Sequence record: NC_042013.1
Direction: 5' to 3' (one strand)
DNA length: 64,000 bases
A model generated the notes under the pieces. It did not search any database. It worked only from the letters and a program-made list of their open reading frames with translations, and had not been told where the DNA came from. Of the stretch, positions 1-8,597 are shown in pieces. Position 1 is the first letter of the stretch, and each line of letters starts with the position of its first letter. Both the position numbers and the translations under genes were made by a program.

Positions 1-169
1 ATCTGGTGTTTCTGTTTCTTTTTCAAATACCGCAACGGTGGATTCCCCGACAACCATCTGATGACTTAGACGATATCCGGCCTCACCCAACTCATTGAAT
101 TGCCGTTGCACGTCTGCGATACCTTTTGTCGTGGCATCATTCATAATCACATTTCGATAATTAAACATA

Positions 170-385
170 TTACCATCCCCCATTTTCAGCATGCAGAACA
201 ACCAATTGCGGTTGTTGTTCAGGTGCGTATTCTTTTAGAAATTCAAGATGTTCCATTGCTTTTTCACGAGCCTCCTCGATTCCACGATCATATTGAACAG
301 CGAACCACGTTTGAATAGAACCCGGTCCAAAACGTTTTTCACCTTTAGGCCAATATACAGAAATAGTATATCCAACAATTTCCAT
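170..385 (-). CDS. hypothetical protein
   Basis: 71-aa ORF coupled (stop/start overlap) to the upstream minus-strand operon. Confidence 0.7.
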   Translation of the reverse strand: MEIVGYTISVYWPKGEKRFGPGSIQTWFAVQYDRGIEEAREKAMEHLEFLKEYAPEQQPQLVVLHAENGGW

Positions 386-603
386 TAAAAAATCCTTTCT
401 ATATAATCAACAAACGATTCTTCATAGAACCGATATTTAATTCCGTGTCGATCTTCATATCCAACTAAATTAGTGTCTACCATAAACACTATCTTGTTCA
501 GAGGAATAAAGGAAGTAGTTTTCGGAATTATATCTGAAATACTTGATACCACATATTCAACCGATGCGGTTTGTTTAATATTCCATATTGCAATTTTAAT
601 CAT
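385..603 (-). CDS. family A (DxxP) small paralogue
   Basis: motifs SISDIIPK and EESFVDYIER. Confidence 0.85.
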   Translation of the reverse strand: MIKIAIWNIKQTASVEYVVSSISDIIPKTTSFIPLNKIVFMVDTNLVGYEDRHGIKYRFYEESFVDYIERIF

Positions 604-851
604 CCAGAAACCCTTTCAAGGAATTCATAGAAATCCTCATTTCTTTGTTTATAATACCAAATATGGTTATACCAAACACGTATGTGATTAATGTCGAACT
701 TTACTTCATTGAAACGTGGATCGAGAACGAAAGGGATAACATCAGTCAATGATTCATAATCAGCCATAAAAACGTTAGGACTGGACATAACCACGCCCTT
801 GCCGCTAACATCAATGACTATATTCTTAACCATTTCGTCTATCGTCATCAT
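600..851 (-). CDS. family A (DxxP) small paralogue
   Basis: SLTDVIPF, NEDFYEFLER. Confidence 0.85.
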   Translation of the reverse strand: MMTIDEMVKNIVIDVSGKGVVMSSPNVFMADYESLTDVIPFVLDPRFNEVKFDINHIRVWYNHIWYYKQRNEDFYEFLERVSG

Positions 852-1066
852 CCAAAAACCTTATCCAGAAATTCATAAAAGGTTTCATCATCATTACGCT
901 GTATAACACCACCTTGAGCAGCACATCCAATAAGTTGATGTTTTATAAAAAACACGTAGTTGTTAATCGAACTAATTTCACTCGTTTTCGGTATGACATC
1001 TGAAATATCCGATATTTCATATGGATAACTTCTTTGAAGTTCGTGATCAAAAATATGTACTTTCAT
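848..1066 (-). CDS. family A (DxxP) small paralogue
   Basis: DISDVIPK, DETFYEFLDK. Confidence 0.85.
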   Translation of the reverse strand: MKVHIFDHELQRSYPYEISDISDVIPKTSEISSINNYVFFIKHQLIGCAAQGGVIQRNDDETFYEFLDKVFG

Positions 1067-1305
1067 TTTCTAGCAACTCTATCTAAAAAACTATAAAAAT
1101 CTTCGGAGTGTCCTTTGTAATGCCATCTATCACCGTAAAAACATCTAATACCCGTCCCTATTTTTACTACCGTAAAACGTTCATCAATTACGATAGGAAG
1201 AACATCCGATATAGAATTATATGTTTCCATATCCCGATGGCGACTACTGAAAATGACTTTATCAGCTTTAACCTCAATTATCAAACCTGCAAATAATGTA
1301 TTCAT
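1063..1305 (-). CDS. family A (DxxP) small paralogue
   Basis: SISDVLPI, SEDFYSFLDR. Confidence 0.85.
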   Translation of the reverse strand: MNTLFAGLIIEVKADKVIFSSRHRDMETYNSISDVLPIVIDERFTVVKIGTGIRCFYGDRWHYKGHSEDFYSFLDRVARK

Positions 1306-1577
1306 TTTCCTAAAACCCTATCGATAAATTCATAGAAGGTTTCACCGTGATTAATCATAGTCAATGACCCGTAGCCGGTATCAATGCCTGCTAATCTTGA
1401 AGCAACAGACAAATAAGCAAAAACAATTTTATTATCATCAAAGGTAAACGGAATAAGATCAGAAATATGACTTCCAGAAAGACGATATGAATTCGTTCCA
1501 ACCCCGGTTGCATAACACGAATTATCCTTGTAGTAAATTACAACCGGTATGTCGTTGGAGAATTCAAAAAAATCCAT
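1302..1577 (-). CDS. family A (DxxP) small paralogue
   Basis: HISDLIPF, GETFYEFIDR. Confidence 0.85.
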   Translation of the reverse strand: MDFFEFSNDIPVVIYYKDNSCYATGVGTNSYRLSGSHISDLIPFTFDDNKIVFAYLSVASRLAGIDTGYGSLTMINHGETFYEFIDRVLGK

Positions 1578-1579
1578 AA

Positions 1580-1762
1580 TTAACTCTTATAGATATAGAA
1601 GCTATCTTCGGTACGCGATACCTCCACTTCATCAAAATCAAGAGTTGCGGTAATCGTAACATATTGCGAATCACCACTATAGGAACTGTCGGTGTCGACC
1701 TTAATATTGACCCGCAGGTGTTCCTTAAGAAATTCCATCATTTCATTTTTATCAATTGCCAT
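1580..1762 (-). CDS. hypothetical protein
   Basis: 60-aa ORF with GGAG RBS upstream. Confidence 0.75.
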   Translation of the reverse strand: MAIDKNEMMEFLKEHLRVNIKVDTDSSYSGDSQYVTITATLDFDEVEVSRTEDSFYIYKS

Positions 1763-1773
1763 AATGTAACTCC

Positions 1774-1914
1774 TTATTCAACCTCAACCCAATGATCTTC
1801 AGTCCCGTTAGCACTGATTACCATTTCAGAACCATCATCAAATTTGATAAGGATCATTCGCTCGTACTTTTCGACTTCAACAATCGTCTTGCCAACACAT
1901 TCTTCAAGCTTCAT
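1774..1914 (-). CDS. hypothetical 46-aa protein (below ORF-track cutoff)
   Basis: read manually: MKLEECVGKTIVEVEKYERMILIKFDDGSEMVISANGTEDHWVEVE; AAGGAG RBS; follows promoter at 1933-1974. Confidence 0.75.
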   Translation of the reverse strand: MKLEECVGKTIVEVEKYERMILIKFDDGSEMVISANGTEDHWVEVE

Positions 1915-1932
1915 AACAAAAACTCCTTCAAC

Positions 1933-1974
1933 GTTTCGATGAAGGAGTTATACACTAATCAAAAATAATGTCAA
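1933..1974 (-). promoter_or_regulatory. sigma70-like early promoter, conserved phage motif copy 1
   Basis: minus strand TTGACATTATTTTT...TATAAC-N6-ATCGAAAC. Confidence 0.75.
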
Positions 1975-2251
1975 CATTTAATTCGGTAATCGCATTTTGA
2001 AGAAATTCCTCAAATGTTTCACCTTTTATATGACGCCAATATCGCGACCCAAAACCATTATAAATGAAAGTTGCCCCGTCAAACTTTAACTGAAAATGTT
2101 GACTCGATATTTTTAGGTTGAATGGATATATATCAGATATATCTTTAACCTTATTCCATTTTCTATCAGCAATAAATTGAATTCCAGAAATTGGACTCGA
2201 TCTTATCGCGTAATGTTTTGAAGTCTTAGCTATCGCCTCGCCAAGAGTCAC
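1955..2251 (-). CDS. family A (DxxP) small paralogue
   Basis: DISDIYPF, GETFEEFLQN. Confidence 0.8.
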   Translation of the reverse strand: MTLGEAIAKTSKHYAIRSSPISGIQFIADRKWNKVKDISDIYPFNLKISSQHFQLKFDGATFIYNGFGSRYWRHIKGETFEEFLQNAITELNVDIIFD

Positions 2252-2496
2252 GTGAGTACATTCCTATATTTTCCAATCAAATAAGAACGAACGCTACCCG
2301 GTGTAACCGCAATACTATATCCACCTTCAGGACAAACACTCCCTGCGCCACAGCCACAGTCTTTCCACATCTGTTCACCAATTTCATCCTTAGGAACGGT
2401 AAACGATTTAATGTCATCACCTTTCACATGAACGTGTGTCTTGCCAACAGAATACGAGAATGTTTTGTTATTAATTTCAAGATTCCTGTAAGTCAT
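2248..2496 (-). CDS. hypothetical protein, homologue of 53095-53289
   Basis: start refined to MTYRNLEINNKTFSYSVG; shares L.I.N..FSY.V and V....VR..I/L with 53095-53289. Confidence 0.7.
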   Translation of the reverse strand: MTYRNLEINNKTFSYSVGKTHVHVKGDDIKSFTVPKDEIGEQMWKDCGCGAGSVCPEGGYSIAVTPGSVRSYLIGKYRNVLT

Positions 2497-2779
2497 TATA
2501 CATCCTTTCAAATACGTCAATCGCTCGATTATAGAATTCATAAAAAGTTTCGCCATCGGTATTATATACAACATCATTGGCTTGGATATATGAACCGTGA
2601 TCCGTACTAAAACGCATCCTTCCAATATATGAAGGAATATAAACATCAAATGGTAAAATATCAGATAATGTATTGTACGTCAACCTATTATGGAATTTAT
2701 CATCTATAACGGTAAATATTCCATTTAAATACCAAACTCTCATTCGTGTTGATTTTAAAATATCAAATAAGTCCATCAC
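2477..2779 (-). CDS. family A (DxxP) small paralogue
   Basis: TLSDILPF, GETFYEFYNR. Confidence 0.85.
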   Translation of the reverse strand: MMDLFDILKSTRMRVWYLNGIFTVIDDKFHNRLTYNTLSDILPFDVYIPSYIGRMRFSTDHGSYIQANDVVYNTDGETFYEFYNRAIDVFERMYNDLQES

Positions 2780-3047
2780 GTATCCCGTCTATAAAATCAT
2801 AAAAAGACTTCGTTACTAATTTTATTTTCTTCTTTTTATATGAGTTGAAATTTTTATAATAATCATCAGACGACCCAAATTGGAAATATAAATGTGGAGA
2901 CGATATATCCACACTTGCAACGGGTAATATATCCGAAACATCACTGGCCATTATTGGACCACTACTACGCCCATCATACATAACAAACAGACTATGATGA
3001 TATATAAGAATAACGTTGTTTTTAGATAAGTAGTCACGCAACTCCAT
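2763..3047 (-). CDS. family A (DxxP) small paralogue
   Basis: DVSDILPV, KSFYDFIDG. Confidence 0.85.
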   Translation of the reverse strand: MELRDYLSKNNVILIYHHSLFVMYDGRSSGPIMASDVSDILPVASVDISSPHLYFQFGSSDDYYKNFNSYKKKKIKLVTKSFYDFIDGIRDGLI

Positions 3048-3306
3048 AATTTATCCTGTCTATAAAATCATAAAATAGTTCATCACGATCAATGATACTT
3101 TTTGCTGAAGTATTAATTACTCCATAATAATCATAATGGGAACCAAATTTAAATTCGATGGTATTAGGGGATACAAACGGGACGATATCCGAAATTTCTT
3201 TTTGCGTGGAAAGTGTTCGGAGAGGAAATCCAGCAACTAACGAAGCTCGATTGTCGATGTAATATAAAACACAATCATATTTTTGTAGATATTCCCGTAA
3301 TTCCAT
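3034..3306 (-). CDS. family A (DxxP) small paralogue
   Basis: EISDIVPF, DELFYDFIDR. Confidence 0.85.
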   Translation of the reverse strand: MELREYLQKYDCVLYYIDNRASLVAGFPLRTLSTQKEISDIVPFVSPNTIEFKFGSHYDYYGVINTSAKSIIDRDELFYDFIDRINYGVA

Positions 3307-3574
3307 CTTCTATCCAATCAACAAATGCGTATAAATCAAGATGTCTACTATTCCAATGTACATCATCGTCATCCGTATGGGAATAATAATCGATACCTGA
3401 TCCGAACTTAAAATTCACATCCACCAACGGTTCCATATGAAATGGGATAATATCGGACAACGTGGTTGAATGATGTTTCGTAATCCGAGAAATAGACTTA
3501 TCCGTTAATGCGAATCCTCGAGCATTGTAATATAGATAAAAATCATGCTTTTCTAATAAATCACGCAATTCCAT
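3275..3574 (-). CDS. family A (DxxP) small paralogue
   Basis: TLSDIIPF, FKFGS shared with neighbours. Confidence 0.85.
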   Translation of the reverse strand: MELRDLLEKHDFYLYYNARGFALTDKSISRITKHHSTTLSDIIPFHMEPLVDVNFKFGSGIDYYSHTDDDDVHWNSRHLDLYAFVDWIEDGITGISTKI

Positions 3575-3858
3575 TATGACAATACCCTATCTATAAAATC
3601 ATAAAACATTTCGTCGTCGCCAGCATACACCCAAGGTGATCCGTAGATAGATACAAATGTTCCATATGTATAACTTATTCGCAAGATACTAACAGTGTTT
3701 GGTAATTGAATATCATATGGAACGAGGTCGGATAATTTAGGAGACGAAACAGTGAACCCGTGCATATGCAACATCGAATAATTAAAGTCCACAGCGTCAT
3801 AATAGATATACCAAGGAGCATTGCTGGTTAGCTGGTGTAAATCCATCACGTATCCCAT
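3574..3858 (-). CDS. family A (DxxP) small paralogue
   Basis: KLSDLVPY, DEMFYDFIDR. Confidence 0.85.
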   Translation of the reverse strand: MGYVMDLHQLTSNAPWYIYYDAVDFNYSMLHMHGFTVSSPKLSDLVPYDIQLPNTVSILRISYTYGTFVSIYGSPWVYAGDDEMFYDFIDRVLS

Positions 3859-4157
3859 CTGGTTTTGTAATTAGCAATTGCTCGATATATCAATTCTTGT
3901 ACGTTTTCACCATCCCGTAAGATGTATGTATCGATCATTCCGTGAATGTCTCCACACCTAATACTGAAACCATACATGTCCCCCATTAGAATTTCACTTA
4001 TATTTTCAGGTACATCAATAACAAACGGAATTAAATCGGTAAGATCATTTGATACAATACGACCACCGATCATTTCCACAGTGAAACTATTCATGTGATA
4101 TAACAAAAAAGTATAAGTGTTTTCTGTTTGAGAAATTATGAAATCTTTTAATTCCAT
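3846..4157 (-). CDS. family A (DxxP) small paralogue
   Basis: DLTDLIPF, GENVQELIYR. Confidence 0.85.
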   Translation of the reverse strand: MELKDFIISQTENTYTFLLYHMNSFTVEMIGGRIVSNDLTDLIPFVIDVPENISEILMGDMYGFSIRCGDIHGMIDTYILRDGENVQELIYRAIANYKTRWDT

Positions 4158-4424
4158 TTATACCTCTTTACCAATAGCTCTCAATATTAACGCCTTAACA
4201 TTTTCTCCTTTGTGTGAATAATAATATATATTATCAACATAAATGTAGTGTTCATCGTTCTTGTATAATCTCATTGCTAATATTTCAGGAGGCAAGTTCA
4301 ATTCTACCGGAACTAAATCAATAATAGTGTCAGCAGATAACGGCATACCACCTATGGTATGCATAGAAAATTTATTATTAAAATAAGTTATGATATATCT
4401 TTCCGTGAAATACTCAATTTCCAT
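4158..4424 (-). CDS. family A (DxxP) small paralogue
   Basis: TIIDLVPV, GENVKALILR. Confidence 0.85.
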   Translation of the reverse strand: MEIEYFTERYIITYFNNKFSMHTIGGMPLSADTIIDLVPVELNLPPEILAMRLYKNDEHYIYVDNIYYYSHKGENVKALILRAIGKEV

Positions 4425-4717
4425 TATACGGCTCTTTTCAGAAACTGACCGATGTCTTCTGTTTTATCAGGGTCTTTATAATCAAGGCTGCGAATTTCCC
4501 CATCTATCTTGTATACCGCATACGTTCCATACTTGGGACTAAAACGTGCAGTTAGTATATGGGCCGGAAAATCAATAACAAAAGGGATGATGTCAGATAG
4601 TTGATGACTACTTACGTCATCGAATATTTCATTTTCGTGAACGGAACTGAAAGTATTGTCTTGATAATACAAGAAACCATTGGAACTCATTCGTTCTAGG
4701 AATTCAAAAAACGTCAC
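4424..4717 (-). CDS. family A (DxxP) small paralogue
   Basis: QLSDIIPF, TEDIGQFLKR. Confidence 0.85.
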   Translation of the reverse strand: MTFFEFLERMSSNGFLYYQDNTFSSVHENEIFDDVSSHQLSDIIPFVIDFPAHILTARFSPKYGTYAVYKIDGEIRSLDYKDPDKTEDIGQFLKRAV

Positions 4718-4998
4718 GGCCTTATCCTTCCTAAAAATTCATAGATATCTTCTTTTCCATCCCAATCTACCGCCTCACCAAATTGATCAGATACAAAGGT
4801 AGCAAATCTAATACTAAATTGCGCGCTGCCTGTTCCCTTTGGTAATTCAAAATCAAACGGCATTAAATCTGAAATATTTTTCGCATCAAATTCACTACCA
4901 TTAATCATATAGTTAGACAAGGTAAATTCGTCTTTAGTATACCAAATAAGAATTTTGCAATTTTTTAACAGTGTAAAAAAATTCACGTTCACACCCAA
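4714..4998 (-). CDS. family A (DxxP) small paralogue
   Basis: NISDLMPF, KEDIYEFLGR. Confidence 0.85.
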   Translation of the reverse strand: MGVNVNFFTLLKNCKILIWYTKDEFTLSNYMINGSEFDAKNISDLMPFDFELPKGTGSAQFSIRFATFVSDQFGEAVDWDGKEDIYEFLGRIRP

Positions 4999-5258
4999 CT
5001 CGTAAGCGTTTTAAAATCAACCTTATGATATTCACCATTTCCATTACGTTTTATCATATATGAATTCATAGTAGGATCGTGGCGAACGTATATGAAAACG
5101 GGCGATATTTCAGCAACAACCGGTAATAAATCACTTAGCTTATTACTTGTAAATGTTTTGGTATTAGGGAACCTATCAGTTTTTAAGAAAATTGTATACT
5201 CCTCCTCATCGTATTGAAGCATCATATTATTTTTCGCTAAACATTCATCAACGTTCAT
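4989..5258 (-). CDS. family A (DxxP) small paralogue
   Basis: KLSDLLPV. Confidence 0.8.
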   Translation of the reverse strand: MNVDECLAKNNMMLQYDEEEYTIFLKTDRFPNTKTFTSNKLSDLLPVVAEISPVFIYVRHDPTMNSYMIKRNGNGEYHKVDFKTLTSWV

Positions 5259-5526
5259 TTCTTACCCCTTTTAATGCACGAAGAATAAATGCCTCAAATA
5301 CTTCATTTTCTTCTCTAAAATACGTACGCCTACTTGTATCAACATAACTACCATACTTTTCACTCAAACGATAGGAAAAAATATAGTAGGGCATCTCAAT
5401 ACTAAACGGAATAAAGTCAGAAAGTAGGTGATTGTTATCGTAATTTTCATTTCCAATGATATAATCACATCCATTGAAAAAGAGTGATACATCTGGATGT
5501 TTTTCGAATAAATCAAACAGCCTCAT
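5248..5526 (-). CDS. family A (DxxP) small paralogue
   Basis: start refined to MRLFDLF; LLSDFIPF, NEVFEAFILR. Confidence 0.85.
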   Translation of the reverse strand: MRLFDLFEKHPDVSLFFNGCDYIIGNENYDNNHLLSDFIPFSIEMPYYIFSYRLSEKYGSYVDTSRRTYFREENEVFEAFILRALKGVRNER

Positions 5527-5824
5527 ATTTGGAACACCTGTCGATGAAATCGTAAATAGTTTCCCCGTCAAACGGTTCTATGAAAACATTTCCAATTTGA
5601 ACGTTTGATTTAAAAATTCCACCAAATCTTGCAAAGGTTACGTTATCTGGAACTTGGAAATCAAATGGGACGAAATCAGATATGGAATCTATGTTGGAAT
5701 GCTCAAAAGAAATTATTCCCTTAATAACTAACATGTATTGTTCTGAAGACGATAATTTCATAATAAAATTATCGTAAACTTGACCATCCCCTTTCATTCT
5801 GTCCATAAATTCAAACAAATCCAT
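5513..5824 (-). CDS. family A (DxxP) small paralogue
   Basis: SISDFVPF, ARFGG, GETIYDFIDR. Confidence 0.85.
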   Translation of the reverse strand: MDLFEFMDRMKGDGQVYDNFIMKLSSSEQYMLVIKGIISFEHSNIDSISDFVPFDFQVPDNVTFARFGGIFKSNVQIGNVFIEPFDGETIYDFIDRCSKYEAV

Positions 5825-6111
5825 TATTGTAAATTCTCCATAGCCCTTTTTAGGAAAGCCTCTACTGTTTCACCCTCTTGACGATAAAGATTTAAATTCT
5901 TTTTATCAGAGAGATAAGAGCCATATCTACCGCTAAATCTTCCACTTCTGGCTTGAGCGGGAATGTTTAAAACGAATGGAGCTATATCAGTAAAATCAAC
6001 AGATTTGCTACCATAATCATCTATCTTTTCGAACACAACCATAAACACGTGACCATCATAAAATATGAATGCATCTTCGCTAACGGCATCAATAAAATCA
6101 AAGAACTCCAT
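5824..6111 (-). CDS. family A (DxxP) small paralogue
   Basis: DFTDIAPF, GETVEAFLKR. Confidence 0.85.
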   Translation of the reverse strand: MEFFDFIDAVSEDAFIFYDGHVFMVVFEKIDDYGSKSVDFTDIAPFVLNIPAQARSGRFSGRYGSYLSDKKNLNLYRQEGETVEAFLKRAMENLQ

Positions 6112-6390
6112 TTACACATCCCTTTTAAGAAAATCATAAACATTTTCATTTGGGTAAGGTATACAAAAGTTTCCACACGTTAATCTAAAATACGTTCCAT
6201 TTTTACCACCAAATCTTGCATACTTAACATGTTTTGGTATATCAAAGACGAACGGTATTAAATCTTGGAGGTTGGGGGTATCAAGAGCCGTAACGGGATA
6301 CGAATTTTCTGGAATTCTTGAATACCTCGAGCCATCGAACCAAATAAACTGTTTGTCCTCATATTTTTTTATGAAATCGAAAAAGTCCAT
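6112..6390 (-). CDS. family A (DxxP) small paralogue
   Basis: NLQDLIPF, ARFGG, NENVYDFLKR. Confidence 0.85.
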   Translation of the reverse strand: MDFFDFIKKYEDKQFIWFDGSRYSRIPENSYPVTALDTPNLQDLIPFVFDIPKHVKYARFGGKNGTYFRLTCGNFCIPYPNENVYDFLKRDV

Positions 6391-6677
6391 TAACCAAACC
6401 TTTCGTTAATACGATCAATGTATTGATAAAATGTTTCATTCGGTAATCGAAGATATTCATCAAATTCGATATCAATGTATATGTCGCTATGGACGGAATT
6501 GAATCTTGCCCGCGTAGTTTTAGATGGCAACGTAAAAGCAAAGGGAACGATATCGGTAAAGTCGGAAGATTGAAAAGTACGATTTCCGTCGAGAAAGGTA
6601 ATTAATTCCCCCTTCGTATAGAACAGATAACAATATGTAACGCTTGATTGTTTTTTGAGTAACTCAAACAAGTCCAT
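6390..6677 (-). CDS. family A (DxxP) small paralogue
   Basis: start refined to MDLFELL; DFTDIVPF, NETFYQYIDR. Confidence 0.85.
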   Translation of the reverse strand: MDLFELLKKQSSVTYCYLFYTKGELITFLDGNRTFQSSDFTDIVPFAFTLPSKTTRARFNSVHSDIYIDIEFDEYLRLPNETFYQYIDRINERFG

Positions 6678-6969
6678 TTGTGATAATCCCATTTAGACGA
6701 TGCATAAAATCATATATGTTTTCATCTTTGTTAGAATATATAACCCCATCAACGCCCCGCAGATAGGCAGCAAAACCATCATCTACGACACTAAAGGATA
6801 AGAACTTATCATTTAATTTTATGTTAAATGGTATTACATCAATTAGATTGCCTCCCATTACTGTGATAGTTAAGTATCGCCCGGTGGCATTACTCCCGAT
6901 AACATCAAATGCAATGCTATCCCAAAACACTTCTCGGTTGACGTTTTTCAATAATTCTTGAAGTTCCAT
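6664..6969 (-). CDS. family A (DxxP) small paralogue
   Basis: NLIDVIPF, DENIYDFMHR. Confidence 0.85.
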   Translation of the reverse strand: MELQELLKNVNREVFWDSIAFDVIGSNATGRYLTITVMGGNLIDVIPFNIKLNDKFLSFSVVDDGFAAYLRGVDGVIYSNKDENIYDFMHRLNGIITNGLV

Positions 6970-6999
6970 ATTCCTATCCTAATCAATCAGATTAAGATA

Positions 7000-7167
7000 T
7001 CATGTATCGGATGGCTTATCAATGGTTATAGATACTTCAGTTGGGATATCTTCATTTTCTATAAGATTGCTGGCATCTTGGATACGCTTAAAGATTTCTT
7101 CTAATGACATATCCTTAATATCAATTTTGCCGAGTACTTCGTGAATCTTCTGATAGTTGTCAGACAT
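7000..7167 (-). CDS. hypothetical 55-aa acidic protein
   Basis: read manually: MSDNYQKIHEVLGKIDIKDMSLEEIFKR...; GGAG RBS. Confidence 0.65.
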   Translation of the reverse strand: MSDNYQKIHEVLGKIDIKDMSLEEIFKRIQDASNLIENEDIPTEVSITIDKPSDT

Positions 7168-7241
7168 TGTAATTCTCCATACAAAAAAACTGGTAAGATG
7201 ATCCTACCAGTTTAATTCATTATCTTCCATATTTTTATTAG

Positions 7242-7319
7242 TGGCGCGAATGACGGGACTCGAACCCGCGACCTCCGGCGTGACAAGCCGACGCTACTGA
7301 CCAACTGAGCTACATCCGC
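7242..7319 (-). tRNA. tRNA-Asp(GUC)
   Basis: full cloverleaf, loop TT-GTC-AC, TTCGA T-loop, encoded CCA. Confidence 0.95.
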
Positions 7320-7375
7320 ATTTTTGTTATTTATAACATTTAAAAATTAAAACGTCAATAACATTTTTTAAAAAT

Positions 7376-7470
7376 CTATGAGGGGGAGAACTGGTCAACC
7401 GTCCCACGTACCCTCAATAGACCAACTTGACGACCCTAGCTGACCAATTGCTATCGGTACTTGTCAAGTT
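7376..7470 (-). ncRNA. candidate structured RNA: two hairpins with complementary (kissing) loops
   Basis: AACTTGAC/GTCAAGTT and TGAGGG/CCCTCA stems; loops ATTGGTCA and TGACCAGT pair over 8 bp. Confidence 0.5.
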
Positions 7471-7483
7471 TCATTCAAACTTG

Positions 7484-7561
7484 TGGCGATTCCTGTAGGA
7501 CTCGAACCTACGACCTACTGCTTAGAAGGCAGTCGTTCTATTCCAACTGAACTAAGGAACC
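7484..7561 (-). tRNA. tRNA-Arg(UCU)
   Basis: cloverleaf, loop CT-TCT-AA, encoded CCA. Confidence 0.95.
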
Positions 7562-7685
7562 AATGAAAAGATATTAACAAATACAAACATATGGGTCAAT
7601 ATCTTTTTTATATATGTATTGTTTATTTATATTGAAAAACATCTAATAAACGTATTAATATTAAATTTTTTATGGATATTATTTT

Positions 7686-8147
7686 ATGAGCTTTTTAGAT
7701 GTAGTTAAACAAAATACAATCGTAAATGAAAACGGCTGTTGGGATTGGCAAATGTCATTCTCTAGTAATGGATATCCTCAAAAAAAGTATGATGGAAAAA
7801 TACGCAGTGTTCATAGATATCTGGCCGAAGAACTTGGGATAATAACAAATCTTAAAGAGGTAGTGCGTCATAAATGCAATCGCCCGTCTTGTTGTAATCC
7901 AGAACATTTAATCTCGGGAACCCATAAAGATAATTATCAAGACTCGATAGATGTATATAAAAATGCAAATATCAAAAGTCGTGGCGTATGGATTATCAAT
8001 AATAAAACATATGATACCATACGCCACGCGTCTAAAGAAACGGGATTACCGCAACAAACTATTATAAATCATACACATAATGGTGTTTTTGATACTGCAA
8101 CCTATCGTGATAATTGTATACGTAGTGGGCGAACTCCTAAAGTGTAA
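7686..8147 (+). CDS. free-standing HNH endonuclease with C-terminal NUMOD1/HTH-like domain
   Basis: CWDW...GY...HR...VVRHKCNRPSCCNPEHL..GTHKDN His-Cys HNH signature; C-terminal YDTIRHASKETG. Confidence 0.85.
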   Translation: MSFLDVVKQNTIVNENGCWDWQMSFSSNGYPQKKYDGKIRSVHRYLAEELGIITNLKEVVRHKCNRPSCCNPEHLISGTHKDNYQDSIDVYKNANIKSRGVWIINNKTYDTIRHASKETGLPQQTIINHTHNGVFDTATYRDNCIRSGRTPKV

Positions 8148-8585
8148 TTACCCAAACTTCTTTTTCAATCGAAGATATGTAGCATATTCTGGATCGATGA
8201 TCTTTTCATTCGCCTCATCCGCAGCTTTTTGGGATGCAAGAAAATCTTCAATTGCTTTGTTTTCCAATCGAGTCTTTTCCACACGAAGCTTCGTATCAAT
8301 ATTTGTAAAGTCGTCAAGTGCAACAGGATAATCATAAGGTGCCTTTTCAAACAATTCATTTGTAAACAAATCCATTGTTGGCAGGCCATCAACCAGAATT
8401 TCAACCAACGTAGTGTCGGCATAATACGTCATTGGTTTACTATCTTCATCGTCTTGATGAATTCTAATTGCTTTATTGTAAAGAGACCCAATGAACTCAA
8501 CAACCTCGTCTTCGTCATAAAACAAATTGGCTGTGTCAAAACCGCTACCAGAACGACTTTCACTCAAAATAGTGTACAAGGTCAT
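8148..8585 (-). CDS. hypothetical protein (paralogue of 8598-8990)
   Basis: shared N-terminal Y/T-I...F..E.EVVE and C-terminal Y..LKK.FG. Confidence 0.8.
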   Translation of the reverse strand: MTLYTILSESRSGSGFDTANLFYDEDEVVEFIGSLYNKAIRIHQDDEDSKPMTYYADTTLVEILVDGLPTMDLFTNELFEKAPYDYPVALDDFTNIDTKLRVEKTRLENKAIEDFLASQKAADEANEKIIDPEYATYLRLKKKFG

Positions 8586-8597
8586 TTTTGAATCCTT

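Noticed and set aside
385-6969. F-box motif interpretation of LSDLLP
   Set aside because: The F-box needs L.DLP.E(I/L)L; here an extra residue precedes Pro and the following helix pattern is absent.
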